DNA of 64,000 bases. It comes from the human T2T-CHM13v2.0 reference genome, Homo sapiens. Location: the NCBI RefSeq assembly GCF_009914755.1, contig NC_060947.1. The stretch is one strand, 5' to 3'. Position 1 is the stretch's first letter, and each line of letters begins with the position of its first letter. The position numbers and the translations under genes were made by a program. The notes under the pieces were generated by a model. It saw nothing but the letters and a program-made list of their open reading frames with translations. It was not told the DNA's origin and made no database searches. Shown one piece after another: positions 46,676 through 61,440 of this stretch.

Positions 46676-49600
46676 TCAGCTACCTGCTTTCCATCTGTTT
46701 TGTGTAGTTCATTCCTTTGGTTTTTGAGCTTTGGTTTTCAGATTTCTGAAGAAAGGTGAAGACTGATGAGGTGAGTTGCCAAATTCTATGGATAGTGATT
46801 ATAGGTGATTAGGTAAACCTGGCATGGGAAGGAGCTGAGGAAAAAAAGCTATAAATAATTTGTTTTGGTTTAAACAAACCAAAATCTCAAAATTTGGAGA
46901 TGATGGTTGGCAAGGAACTATGTGTACTAGTTTTGGTTATTGAAGGAGCTGGGTTTATCAGCTGTGGGCTCCTTCCACATCTGTATCATTGCCTTATTAT
47001 TATAGGATTTTGGAGAGGGGTGGGAGGATTTTGTGTTTATTTTCTAAAATTATTCTATGTGAAAATTAGAAAATTAGAATTATGGTAGGTGTAGGAGATA
47101 TGGATCGTAGATTAAAAAGCATGAGAAGAAATTGGGCTGTTGATCTTAAAGCAAGATTGTTTAAATCAATTAGTTTTTTAAAATTCTCCTTTTTATTAGA
47201 GTTCACTGAATCAGTGCATGTGTTCTGTGTTTTCTGTTTGCTTTTGAAGCTGTTCAGTGTTTTCCTTACCATCATAGACTTCAGATTTAACTACTTGATG
47301 TTCACCTACTGAATTCACATGTAGAGAGGAAAGACGAATTCACGGGAACAAACGGATTTCTTAAAATGGAGATTGCTGCTATAATCACACTTTGGACCTC
47401 TATTCTAGTACAGGACATCTCATTTTATCCACTAGTAGCCTGTGTAAGCCATTTGCTGATAAATTGAATCACTGTAATTATATTTGAAGTTAGCTATTGG
47501 AGGAAAAAATGTAGCTATAGTTAAATACTATGGTAATGCCTCCTAATTTATTCTTTTTCATTTTGGAGTATACTGTTTCTCCCCTCCTCCACTCAGTTTA
47601 GTGTGGCACATTTGACTGCCCGCCCCCCTTAGGTTGGGTATCAGTTATGAACTTCCAGAGAGAATTAGGATCTGGTCTCACTGTCTCCTTTGCATGTAAA
47701 TAGTAAATAATTAGACATGCAGTTAAATTGGAGACAATAATAGCTGAGATATATTAAGCATATGATCCTGTTAGACACTGTTCTAAGCACTTTATATGAA
47801 TAGTAAACATATAAGCACAGTCCAAAAAATTTTTTTCTAACTGTATAAAATGTAGGAGTCATGTTATTTTGAGGTTTATGAGAAATTGTAATCTTCAATT
47901 TCTAGTTAGTGGAGGTGGGCGTGGAGGAGAAAATGTTTGCATTTATTACATGTGTAGAAATGTACTGAACTGAGAAAATCTAAATGGTTACAGGCTAGTC
48001 ATTTCTTAGTATCCTGCCTATTACTCATCCACTCCCTTGGTAAAAGCTTTACCCTGTTCCTATAAGTGGGAGCTGGGTGGAGGATGGGAAGCAATCCTCA
48101 ATTGAGTTAGATCTGACTTTGCTTGATTGTGTGGCAAGTTAGTATGGGGTTTTATGTCATTATTTTATTTCCCTTTTATAGTTGAGAGAACTGAAGTACA
48201 GAAAGTATAAGTAACTTGCTCAAGATCACAGAGCTAGTGAATAAATGGAGCCATAATTCAAATCTAGGCAGTCCAAGCATTCTTAACTGCCACAGTACAT
48301 TGCCTGTGTTTTTGAGTATTTGCCTGTGCAACAGGCATTAGGAGATGGGAGAAAATAGTGTTGTATCTTCACAGTACTTGGAGCCATTTTTGTTTGAAAG
48401 GATGTGTACTGTATTAGTGTGTGTCATCCTGGGTTGGTTAGCATTTGCTGCCACTTTATAGATTTTCTGAGAGCTTCAATTTTCCTTTTATATTTCCTCA
48501 GTCTTTTGACAGCAGTCATAATGGAATTTGAATGGTCATAGTTAATGTGGCCTTTGGAACAGAATTCTTAAGGAAGAGGATTGGGTGATGAAGCAAGGGT
48601 GGTAAGATGGGGAATGAGGAGGAATTCTTTCTGTCGTATGTATTTTGTGGAATAAAATAGTGATGCCATGCACCACAGCTCAAACTTGGCATGGTTCTGG
48701 AAGATGTCTTTGTGTAGCCTGTCTGTACCACTCACCATCTGTTATAATGGTGAAGGTCATAGGTTGTTTGCCTTAAGCAGAATAAACAAATAGATACAGA
48801 AAATGTATTCAGTAATCTTTGCTTGATGAGCAGAAGCTAGCAGTTGTTTAAAACAAGTGAAGGGGATAAAAACTCCCCTAACTTTTATTTACCAATCACA
48901 TCGCAAAGCAAAAATAGCCTATTTTTAGGCTGAGGCTCCAATTATGTTAAGCCTTGAAGATAATGAAACAGTCTGACACAAAAGAGTGTGGTGACGCAAG
49001 TTTGTGTGGTGAAATTCCAAGACACTCACTGACTTTTTAGGATTCTGCACGGTGAATATTAAGCTCCTAAAGTGTTTGTTGCCCGGAAACAGCGCTTTAT
49101 TCTTTTACATGCAGTGTAATGAAGTGAACCTGTGTTGTAATTTGTTTCTTGCAAGGAAAAGGGAGAATTAACACACATTATCTATCTTTGTGTCCTGTCT
49201 TTGGCCTCTTGTGTGTCCCTTTTATGTGCTGAAGCCACCAAGTCATGCTATTGCTAATACTGCATATTACCTTCTGTTTTAGCCACTCTAATTTTTCTTA
49301 ATGCTTTACACAGTAGGGGTTTCCAGTTTTTCAACTAATTTTGTATTGTAGATTTCACCGAATTTGGAGGGTTTTTCTTTTCTGTCACTTTTTCCTCATT
49401 CTATGTAAGAATTACTCTTAGCTTTTGGACCCGTTCATAATCATGTCAGGTGATGTTTTTCCTTGGAACTAATTAGTTTCGGGGGTTTGAAATATGTGCT
49501 GGCACGGGGTTTCATTGGCTGGATTAATGGAAGTTGGCCATTTGTGCTCTCCCGGTCTCATGTTGCCCTTTCTATTTACAGGTTGGTAATGGGCTTCTGG

Positions 49601-52600
49601 GTTTTTATTCTGCTGCCTGTAGTCTTCTTGAAAATGAACCTGAGGTGCTGAATTCTCATGTGATGGGAAGTGTAATGCTTCCTTCCAGGGCAGCCTGTCT
49701 TCTTAATTCCTGAATCTTGCTATAGCCTAGGTCCCAAGGAATCAGATTCCTAGAGTCAGGAGGTTGGTCATCTTCCATTTGGTCTCAGAATTTTCCTTTC
49801 CAAAGAGTAGTCATAAGAACTAAATGTGGGAAGGCAGAAGGAAAGACCTATCAACATCAAGGTGCCAAAGTTACAAGCCTCTGGCATTGGTGGTTCATGG
49901 CAGGATTTGATGAAGTTGGGGAGGGAAGGGGACTTGAAGGGGATAAATGAACTCCTCATTAGATTCAGATTGAAGTGCACTGATGTGACCTGTGGAAGAG
50001 CTGAAAACATAAAATAGCACTCAGGTGATTGATAAAGACAGCCTGGTTGGATGAAGTGGAAGCTAGGAAATCTCTGGCTGGGTGCCTGCTATCCACGTAC
50101 AGTACTTACTCTATTTCATTTAATCTCCTGCAGCCCTGCGGGTGGGGGCTCTTATTTCTTTTTACAAATGAGGAAAAAGTCTTGAAGGGATTAAGTAAAT
50201 TGCCAAGGCCTCTTTATTTGTAAGTGGCTAAAATGAATATGGCTTCTCACATTTGTGCCACTCTTCTGAAATACAGGAAACACAGACATCAACAGTATTT
50301 ATCTTTGTATGCTTACTAAGGAAAATACTGTGTGGTACAACCACTGAAAAGGCTATAATAGCTTTTTTGTTATTGCACTTTAACAGAGAGCTCTTTCTTA
50401 AAATTACAGATTTTTAGGACCAAATTCAGTTCAGTCGTCTGGCCTACTATGTGCCAGGTACAGTATTGAATCCTGGGGATATGAAGGTGAGACAGACCAT
50501 GGTCCCTGGTCCCTGATTATAGTCTGAGTTGGGAGTAGAGGTGGAGGGAAAGGAAAGAAATTGCCCTGTGAACAAATTCCATGCCATATGACTAAGGTAA
50601 ATCTAAAGAAAAAAGGAAAGGTAAACATTGCCTAGAGATTACAGAATGATGCCCATGCCCACAGAATATCTCTTACTGTGAGATCCATTGATTCTTTGGT
50701 CATTGCCAGGATTTGTCCAGAGAGGTACGGGATGTCGTCTTTACAGGGTGAAGCCCAAGAGGAACCATATTATGTTACAAACTTGGGGGCTTTTCTTTTC
50801 TAGCTAGAGGTCTAAACTCAGGAGGGTAACCAAGTTTTTTGTTTTGTTTTGTTTTTGGTACACAAAGAATCTTCTGTTTCTACATCCAGTAAACTTTTTG
50901 TTTTCTTAATTTTAAATTGTCCTCAGGCTGTACCTTTCCTTACCCCCATCTCTGACCAAGAAGGGTGGCAGGGAAGGGGGGTTCTAATTCCAACTCAGCT
51001 ACTAATTTAGGAGGTGACCGATAACCTCTACAGTTCCATCTGTCATAGTGCCTTTCACATAACTGGTACTCAATAATAAGTGTTTGCCATGGGACAACAG
51101 AACTTGAAATCTTCTGTGATTAATTTGTATTGATTTTTGGGGGGCAGGAACTGGAAGGGGGTTAGTTTTTTTTAGGATGAAAAGTTGCTGCCTCACATTC
51201 CATAACAGTAACACAAATTATGGATAAATCATTAAGTATAAATCACAACTCAAGATAAGTGAAAAAAATTTTCAAATATTGAAGAGTTCTTTTATAAATT
51301 CCATCTCCTAGTGAGATGCATTACATCTCAGCCCAGAATGCTGAAGGTTCTTGTGATTCCTAGCACAGTGCCTCATCTTTGGTGTATGATCAGTGAAGAA
51401 TAATACAATTATGAAATGACTACTAGTAATCTCTGAGGACTTCTGAGGATAACAGGTGTTCTGAAGTTTGCCAAACTTGGAGACCACCTTCCCTTCCTAG
51501 AACAGATTTCTAGGAAAAGTCTTCAGGTCTTTTTGATCACAATACGATAGGAATTGTAGGGAGGACATGAAGAAACAAAAGATCAGTCAGAATGTTTCAC
51601 ACACTCTCAATTCTCTAATAAACACAGTACTAAGCAGTACCTAGACATTGCTCTTTGCCTGAAGGTGGGATTCTTTAGTACCTCATACAGTAAAAGATGG
51701 TGAACCTTTCAGTGCTTTTTTTCAGGGCAAAAACAGCAGGGTCATCGAGTCATAACTCTTGTAATCTGGGATGCAAGTTATGTAACCATGTCAGGATTTT
51801 CTTGAGGGTTTCTGTCCAGAAGATGGAAGACAAGGAGTGTTGGTTGTTTTCTAAACAGTGAACTCTAGAAATTTATAGATGAATGAACTATACAATACAA
51901 TTCTAGAGAAAACTGCTAAGCAATTTTTCAGCACTTTATGGCAGTCACCAAGGATCATTATTGGCTCACCCAGAACAGGTACTGTTGGTATTTTTTTTCT
52001 TTTAGTCTTAATATTAGGCTTAAATTAGCACATGAAAGTGCTAGTTTTAAAAGTTAAAAGCAGTTGAATATCAACAGTTTCATGTGATTCATCCTAATGG
52101 TTTTTATTATTTTTTTCTGGTTATAAAATTAATACATGTTCATTGTAGCACACTTAGAAAAATAGAGGAAAATAAAATTACAGTCTAACAATCTATTTTA
52201 TGCACTTCCATCTTTCCATGCATATACATATGCACACGTATAAATCTGTTCACCAGAATATTTTCAAAAAACTTACTGTGGATTATAGTTCATTTTTAGA
52301 GACTATCTGGCTGTTTAAATTGAACCTATCATAAACATTTCTCTGTAATTAGTAATTTATAAACTAAATTTTTATGATTTCAGGAGATAGATGTCACGTA
52401 ATTTATTTATCAATACCCCTATTTTAGGACTTTTCGTATTGTTTTCAGTGTTTTACAATTATAAATAAATAGTGCTGCAATAAACATCTTCTACATGAAT
52501 CCTGGTCCACATCTGATTATTTCCTTAAAATGAGTTATCAAAAGAGGTATTTTCAGGTTAAAAGATGTGAATTCTGAAAACATATTTCTAAATTTCTTAC

Positions 52601-52622
52601 CATAAAGGATATACTAATTTCT

Positions 52623-53243
52623 TTTTTTTAATCTTTTATTGTTACTTTTTTATTTAACTTTAATTTTAAGTTCATGAGTACATGTGCAGGTTTGTTATAC
52701 AGGTAAACTTGTGTCATGGGGGTTTGTTGTATACATTATTTTGTCATCCAGGGATTAAGCCTAATACTTATCAGTTATTTTTCCTGATCCTCTCCGTCCT
52801 CCAAGCCTCCACCCTCCGAGAGGCCCCAGTGTGTGTTGTTCCCCTCCGTCTGTTCATGTGTTCTCATCATTTAGCTACCACTTATAAGTGAGAACACACG
52901 GTATTTGGTTTTCTGTTACTCTGTTAGTTTGCTAGGGATAATGGCCTCCAGCTCCATCCATGTTCCTGCAATGGACATGATCTCATTCTTTTTTATGGCT
53001 GTAAATTAGTTCAACCGTTGTGGAAGAGAGTGTGGTGCTTCCTCAAAGACCTAAAAACAACTACTATTTGACCCAGCAGTCCCATTACTGGATATATACC
53101 AAAAGGAATATAAATTGTGATATTATAAAGACATGCATGTGTCTGTTCATTGCAGCACTATTCACAATAGCAAAGACATAGAATCAACCTAAATGCCCAT
53201 CAGTGGTAGACTGGATAAAGAAAATGGGGGTACGTACATGATA
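52623..53243 (-). mobile_element. 5'-truncated, 5'-inverted primate L1 (L1PA13-16-like)
   Basis: Antisense 3' end 52623-53001 joined to a sense segment 53002-53243; TSD gatatact(a/c)atttct. Confidence 0.85.
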
Positions 53244-53359
53244 GATATACTCATTTCTGCTTTTACTAGCAATGTGTGAAAGAACCTCCCTGATAAAACA
53301 TCGCCACAGTTAGCTGTTACTTCTAAGACCAAGAGAAAAAACAGGATTGACCAATTTTG

Positions 53360-54372
53360 TTTTTCCACCTTTGATAAGTTTACTAAACAAAGATATATAA
53401 TTTGGTTTTATCGAAGGACCTGACGAAGTTTTTCATGATATCTTTGTTGTCCAATCAAACAATGTGAACTGAATGCAGATAGAATCAGGGATCTCTTGTT
53501 TGCAGAACAACTATACTCTGGAAAGGTTTTATTAGTGGGTTATTGTCAACTGGGAGGGACACCTTGTGTGGTGAGGCTTAGTGACCCTGTCCTGAACAAT
53601 GTTATTTACAGTGATTTTGATGAAAACAGAACATGAGCTTAACAGGTTTCCAGGTATGCCACAAAGTGAGAAGGATGGCTATAAGTTCTTCTGTACCATA
53701 CTGTGGGCTCCCTGAGCAAGGGAGCTGGAGTGCTGAGAGCATTCCTTCTGGAGTCAAACTGCTACCTATTAGCTGTGTGGCTTTGGGCAGAGTTACCTAA
53801 CCTTTCTGTGTCTTAGTTTCCTCATCTATAATAAAACAGGAATCAACAGAATATTTACCTCATGACGTTTGTTGGGAAGATTAAATAAGTTATTAAATGT
53901 GAAGCACTGAGAGTAGTTTCTGGTCCTTAGTAAGTGATCAATAAAGATGAGCTGCTATTGTTAATCTTTCTCTCAGATGGTAGATAACACTTCTTAAATG
54001 AATGCCTGAGTCAGTGTCATAAATGCTTTGTATGCTGGTGGGATGGGTCCATATTGCAAATGAAATGTGATGTGTAAGTTTTGCATTTATGTTTTATAAT
54101 ATTAGAACCGTCATGTAAAGATAGGGCTGAGAGTTATACTGTGTAGCTCCAGAAGGTAGAGATACGGTTTATTGATAGGAATTAGTGATAAGATACTTTC
54201 TACCAATTAGCTCTACTCAATAGTGGAGTTGCCCTTTCAGGTAGTGGAAGAATTCAGGTACAAGCTTCCAGACCATTACAAGTACATAATTGAAAAGAGA
54301 GGGCTTCTTTGGCTAGAGGTGAGACTAGATGACCTCTAAAGTCCCTTCCAACTCTAGGCTGATTCTGTGATT
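53360..54372 (+). mobile_element. L3/CR1 fragment with nested MIR (~53720-53965)
   Basis: 3' tail actagatgacctctaaagtcccttccaactct...attctgtgatt; upstream RT-like remnants. Confidence 0.55.
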
Positions 54373-57300
54373 TTGAGTGGCATATGTAGGATTATCACAT
54401 ATCATGCAATAAGGCCCCACGAGTACATCTTTGGAAGGGTTGATGCTGCTAATCCTTGCCCACTCTGCCCTCTCTGCTTCAGTTTCTTTCACCTGTTGTG
54501 TGTCAGCCTGACAGTGGCCCATTCCTCAGCTTGATTCAGTTTTACAGCCCAGCTTAGTGTCCCAGGCTGCTCCCTCCTCAGCAGCAATGCCTAGAGGATG
54601 AGTATATGAACCAAGGGCACATTTTTCATAAGCATACAAGAAAATAGAAGATTGTTGCCTGCAAAGTGTATCTCAGAATTGTATTTTAAAAAAACAAGCA
54701 ACAGTTTTGACCATGCCAGATGTACTCTTGTCGCTTTATTCGGGGCCAAGGGTGGACTTTACCTTTTTTGCTCAGCAGCTCTGGGCACTGGGTTTCTCTG
54801 CTTGTCTGGTTTCTTGCCTAAGTTCAGCATCAATATTCTAATCCCCTGGGAAGGAGCAGTTGAGCCCACACTGTTGTATATACTATGTGGGCTTGTATAC
54901 CTTTGGCTGAGATTATTTTTCTGTCATGAACTCTGATTCCTTGCCTTATGCTATTTAAAGGTAGCTTCAAAATAAAGTTAGAAAGCTGAATTGGGAGCCC
55001 AACCAATTGCTTTTTCTTTTCAGGGTTCTTTGCTGAATAATTTCTGACACATCAATTGTGTAATTGTTTTGTGCTGCTCTCCCCATTTATAATATTTGGA
55101 GCATTGGCTTTTTGCCACACTTGTCAAGGGTTTATGGGAGTTAGTGACACGTAGTATACAAGGTTCTTTGAGATTCTTTCATGAAACTTGGTATTATCTT
55201 GAAAGCAAAAGGTTTAACTGTTCATTTGTTAGATGACTAGTGGGATTTTAAACAGATATAATCACACCATGTCTTTTTTTTAAATGTGATGTTACGTACA
55301 TATGAACTTTTACTGCTCAAATTTTAAATTATGTGTTTTTTTTTCTTTTTTGTGTTTATAAAATCCATTATTAGCAAATACCTCAGGAAAACTTTAGAGT
55401 GAAAGTCCTGAAAAAATTTTCCACTCCATGTTTTTTAATGTTGTGGTTTGTCCTTAGTTTTGCCATCTGGTAATGAATGGTTGAAGTGATAAACTCCTGG
55501 CACCACCGCATTTTGCTGTTGATACTAGTGTGTGTCTATAGCTTGTGGTACAGAAGCACTAAGTGAGGTCCATGCTGTACAGTGAGAAGCCGAAAGAGTT
55601 GCTGCTCTGTGTGCCAGGTGGGTTAATATGTTTTAGAGAAAGCATCTGTGGAATTTTACAGTGGATGTTCTTTTGTAGCCGTATTAATTTTACTCCTTTT
55701 GAGTAGTATCATTTTACCAGCCAGAATCTAGAGCACGCACATGCATTATCAGAGTGATTTGAAACAGTGGTGTACACACGAGCACTGTGGGGATGGTTCT
55801 GATGCTTTCAAGGCCTAGAGTCTCACTGCATATATTCTGAGCCAGAGTGTTAATCCTACTGCCTTAAGAAGCCTTTGCTTCTCCTTTTAGTCTTTAGAGT
55901 TTATGAAACCAACAGCTTTGTAGTCTTCAATAGGAGGATTGTACATAGAGCTCTAAAGATTCTTGGAACATAGAAACCATAAAGAGGAACGTGTCTGTGT
56001 TTACTCTTGTGTTGTGTTATATGCACAGTGTAGAACTTTTTAAAATTGAAACAACAGAGGTAGATGATATTTTAAAAGATTACTAAACATTAGATTTTTA
56101 GACTCATCTCATTTAGGCTGAAAGGAACCTTCTAGTCCAGCCCCCTCATTTTACAGATGAAAAAATATAAGTCCATAAGGTCCCACTGAGCCTGAATCAG
56201 GGTTGATGTAAAACCTAGAGGTCTTCCTTCCCAAGCCAGATCTGGTTGGATCTCACCGCTCTTGTAACTGCTATAGAACACCACTGTAGCATTTAGAAAG
56301 TACTGAATCATTATGTAAGAAAATGACTCTCTCAGTAAAACAGTGTAGTTGTTGAGTCCATAGTCCAAGCAGGTTTTATCGTTTGTATTAAGTAACTTCA
56401 GCTGTTCCATAGTCTTCAGAAAGTCTGAGCTGACTATATTTATTTTATCCACCTTTTACCCAGTTAACAGAATGCTTACTCTCTTATTGCCACTTAAAAG
56501 TCATCTGGAAGACTCATGCTGATAATGTAATGCATGGTGAAGGAAGGGGGTAAAGTAGGAAAACATAATTATTGCATGCACGGTCTTTTTAAAGGCTCTT
56601 TTCTCCTCTTTTTCCCAGTTTAGTTGGGTAGATCTGATTTATATAGCATTTTCCCCCCTTTTCCTAAATTGGATAAGAGCTGGAAGACTATTCAGGAAAA
56701 GCTATAAGCTATAGCAAAGCGTGTGAAAAGACAGTAGTTTGTGCCTTTCTCAACCTTGTTATAGATCTGTGGATAGTTTGGAGTTTACAAAACTGTACTT
56801 AAATATTTTCTTTAATATAGGTTAGGGACAGATTTCTATTTGCTATTGATGACTGTCAAAACAACTTCCCTAGAATGATTGTCACAGAGCATGGGGCCTC
56901 ATTTTCTGATGGAGAAACTGCTTTGGTTTATTCTCACTGTTTTTACATGATTATTTCTTATTTTCTCAAGTGCTTATGACATTTAAAAAATCTGTGGTTG
57001 AGAATTGTGGCAGCCAGTATTATGAGAAAGAGAAACTAGGTGCCTGTAAACTATTTAAATACAAACAAATGATAGCAAAACTTAACCAGGAAGAACATGA
57101 GTTTGAAATTGTTGATGAACGTGATCTAGGCCTAAGACAAGCTGAAACTGTATTTCTCATTCATTCTTTCTTAACCAGAATTGCTTTACCTTCAAACTCA
57201 AGCAAATCTTTTGTTTAATCCTTGAGAATTGATACTTCAGAGGATTTCTTTATTTCAGTTATTGATGGACATTATTCTTAGGATTCAGTACTGGGTCAAG

Positions 57301-58409
57301 ATGTGTGTTTTTTCAGCAATGTTTGACTGAATCCCAAGCTTTCTCAAGGCATATTTAAAAACCAGTACTGGTAATAGGCAGACTTACATACAGTTTTATC
57401 AGTTTATCTCTGCTTTTTTGAGGGAGAGGGAGTTTCAGCTAAGTTGGGTTTGTGCTCGTGAAATACAATACAAAAAGATTTGACCAAATAACTTTCTAAT
57501 CATCCTTGCTGTATGTATATTTTGGTAAAATCCTGCTCACAGGGAAAATGTCTTGTTAATTTTTGGTTACACTAAAGACATTCTGAGCAACTAACTTTGG
57601 TGTGTAGGGCTAAAATTACTTGAAATGCTGAGATTGTATTGTTTTGGGAAGAACTTAAGTAGCATTCTATTTGTGTTAAATGTTCTTGTTAAGGCAATGG
57701 AAAAGATATTAGTTGAATATATTTTTTCAAATTAACTTTTTTGTCTTTGTGTTTTTATTTTAAAAAGCTTATTGTATTGTCTTGTATTAAAAAACACATA
57801 ATGGAAAATTTACCATCTTAACCATTTTTAAGTGTGCAGGTGCACACAACACAGGTGCACTACGCAATTCACTGCCAGTTACAGTAGAGTAAGAAGTAGA
57901 TATTTGCCTTTGGGGATCTTGGGAAGAAGACTGCTATCTATCTCTAATCCTCATGGAATCCTTAAGTGGTAGGTGCCAAGGGCTAAGGTGAGGGGGGAGA
58001 GGTGGAGGGAGTTGTTTAATGGGTACAGAGTTGAGCTCCTTTCTCTATAAAGCATTTAAGCTTTTTTGTTGCCATTAATTGCTTCTATGGGCTAAAGAAA
58101 CTGAAAGTGTGGGCAGGTAATCACTTGGCTACTAATATAAAGAGGAAGTGAAACAAAGGACTGGCTTAATGGTTCAGGGTGGAAAGTATACACAGTTAAA
58201 AGTAATGTTATATGGTCTTGTAAATAGTTGTGCATATATCCGATGTCAATAAGAATTAGTAATACCAAGTTAAAAGAAAAGCATTATTTTAATATTTGTA
58301 TACCTTTTGGAAATGAAAGATGGGATTATTTAAAGAGCAAAAAACTAAAGATGTTCTAGTTGGTAAGTGACTTTATTTGATGTGATTTGTTATTCGGATT
58401 TACCTGTGA

Positions 58410-58778
<369 letters not shown>

Positions 58779-59325
58779 CTTGCTTTTGAGAGGCATCCTA
58801 AACATGTTGGATGGCCTACCCTTATTTTCTGAACTAAAATATGTTAAAATTAATTTGGTTTTGAGAACTTTTGAAAAATCATCTGACTTTAATCTAGCTA
58901 ATATGAGTTTTTTTCCCTATGCTCTGGGCACTATCCTAAGTATTTTACATACATTACTTAATCCTCATAGAAACCCTGTGATATTATTTTTCCTTTTTTA
59001 CAGAAGAGGAAAGCAGCTATAGAGAGGTTAAATTGCTCACTTAAGGTCATAGATGTAACGATGGAATTAGGATTTGAACCCAGGTGGTTGGCTGTGGGTT
59101 GACATTTATCATTTTAACTGCTTTGTGATGTTACTCCATACTGAGCATGTAAATGTTCTTGGCACTCAGCACATTGTAGGATTTAAACAAATAACATTTA
59201 TATCTGTTGAGCTTCTTAGAATGACTGGAGATGAAGTAGTCTGCTATAAAAATAAGATAGGAAGCCATTGTACTGGACACTACTGATTTAGCTAATTGAT
59301 TTCAATCCAGGAACTGATTAGACAT

Positions 59326-59636
<311 letters not shown>

Positions 59637-60304
59637 TAGACATTGATTTCTAACCTTGAGGTCCATGTGTGAGTTCCAAGAGAAACTAAAGAATGACCTC
59701 AGACAATCATTTAGCAAATGATATTGTTTTGTTCATGTAGTATGGCTTTTGTCCTCTGCTTTTATACTTGTACAATAATAGAATTTAAGAACTGGTCCTG
59801 ACTTGGTCTAGGTAGTCAAATTCAACCTCTGCATTTTACCATTTGAGGAAACAGGTAAAAGAACCTTCTTAAGGTCACTAAAAAAGGAAGTGCCAGAGCC
59901 AGGATTTAATGCATAATAGCTCACACTGACCTAGTTTTACCATGAGCCAGGCAGTGTTCTAGAGGCTTTATATATGTTAACTCATTAACTCCTCAGAACA
60001 AGCCTATGAAACAGATACTGCTATATACCCACGTTACAGCTGAGAAAACTGAGGTTATGTAACATACACAAAGTCACACAACTAGTAATGAGTAGAGCCA
60101 GGATGCAAATCCAGTCATTTTGGCTCCAGTTTGTCTCCAAACCCTCCTCATGGTTGTAACATATATAATTGCCATCTTTTTTTAAGAGCAAAAATGGTTG
60201 AATATCAGCCATTTCTTATAGTTCAATCTGACATAGCTTGAGCTCTTTCTATGGCATTTCAGTACCTTACCACAATGCGTATTTGTGGTTATTATTATAT
60301 CCCA

Positions 60305-61440
60305 CTTGATCTTGGTATATGATCCTTTTAATGTGCTGTTGAATTTGGTTTGTTAGTATTTTATTGAGGATTTTTATATCTATGTTCATCAGGAGTTCGG
60401 CCTGTAGTTTTCTTTTTCTTTTCATATCTTTGATTAGCTTTGGTATCAGGGTAATGCTGGCCTTGTAAAATGAGGTTGGAAGGGTTCCTTCCTCTTCACT
60501 TTTTTGGAAGAATTTGAAAAAGATTGCTGTTCTTTAAATGTCTGGTAGAATTCACCAGTGAAGCCAACGCATGTTGGTCCAGTATCCTGTTGAATAGAAG
60601 TGGTGAGATCAAAAATACTTATCTTGTTTCTGGTATTAGGGGGAAAGCATTTAGCCTTTCGGCATTAAGTATGTTGTCAGCTGAAGATTTTTCTTGTATG
60701 TCCTTTTTCAAATTGAGGAAATACCTTTTTGTTCTACTTTCTTGAGGGTTTTTTAAAACCAGTAATGAGTGTTGGATTTTTTCAAATGCCTTTTCTATGT
60801 CTATTGAAGTGATCATGAGATTTTTTTTGTTTTGTTCTGTTTTATTTTTTAGTTTGTTAATATGGTGATTTATAATGATTGCTTTTCAGGTGTTAAGTCA
60901 ACCTTGCATTTCTGGGCTAAACCCCACTTGGTCATGTCTATGAATACTTTATTTTTGGATTTTTATTTACTAAAACGTTTAGAATTTTTACATGTATGTT
61001 TATGAGGAATATTGGTCTGAAATTTTCTTTTCTTGTAATATCTTTGTCAGTCTTGGTCAGACTAGGGTAATGCTGCCCTCACAATGTGTTGAGAAATATT
61101 CCTTCCTCTTCCATTTTCTGGGAGAGTTTGTGTAGAACTGGTATTATTTCATCTTTAAATGTTTGGAGTAATTCACCACAGAAACTATCTGGGCCTGGAC
61201 TTTTATTTGTTTAAAAATTTTTAACTACAAATTCAATTTGTTTGACAGACAGTCAAGTTGTCTGTTTCTTCTTGAGTGAGCTTTAGTATAATAGTTTGTG
61301 TCTTTCAAGAAATTTGTCAGATTTATTGGCACGAAGTTTTTAAATAACATTCCCTTTTTATCCTTTTAATATCTAGAATTGGTAATGGTGTCATCTCTTA
61401 TTGCTGATGTTGGTAATTTGTGTCTTTTCTTTTTTTCCAG
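60305..61440 (-). mobile_element. L1 ORF2 (reverse transcriptase) remnants
   Basis: ORF 60619-60816 reads SIDIEKAFEKIQH...NAERLNAFPL, versus L1 ORF2 SIDAEKAFDKIQH...NGEKLEAFPL. Confidence 0.85.

Noticed and set aside
60619-60816. Reverse-transcriptase-like peptide
   Set aside because: Dead L1 ORF2 fragment, not a novel retroelement system.
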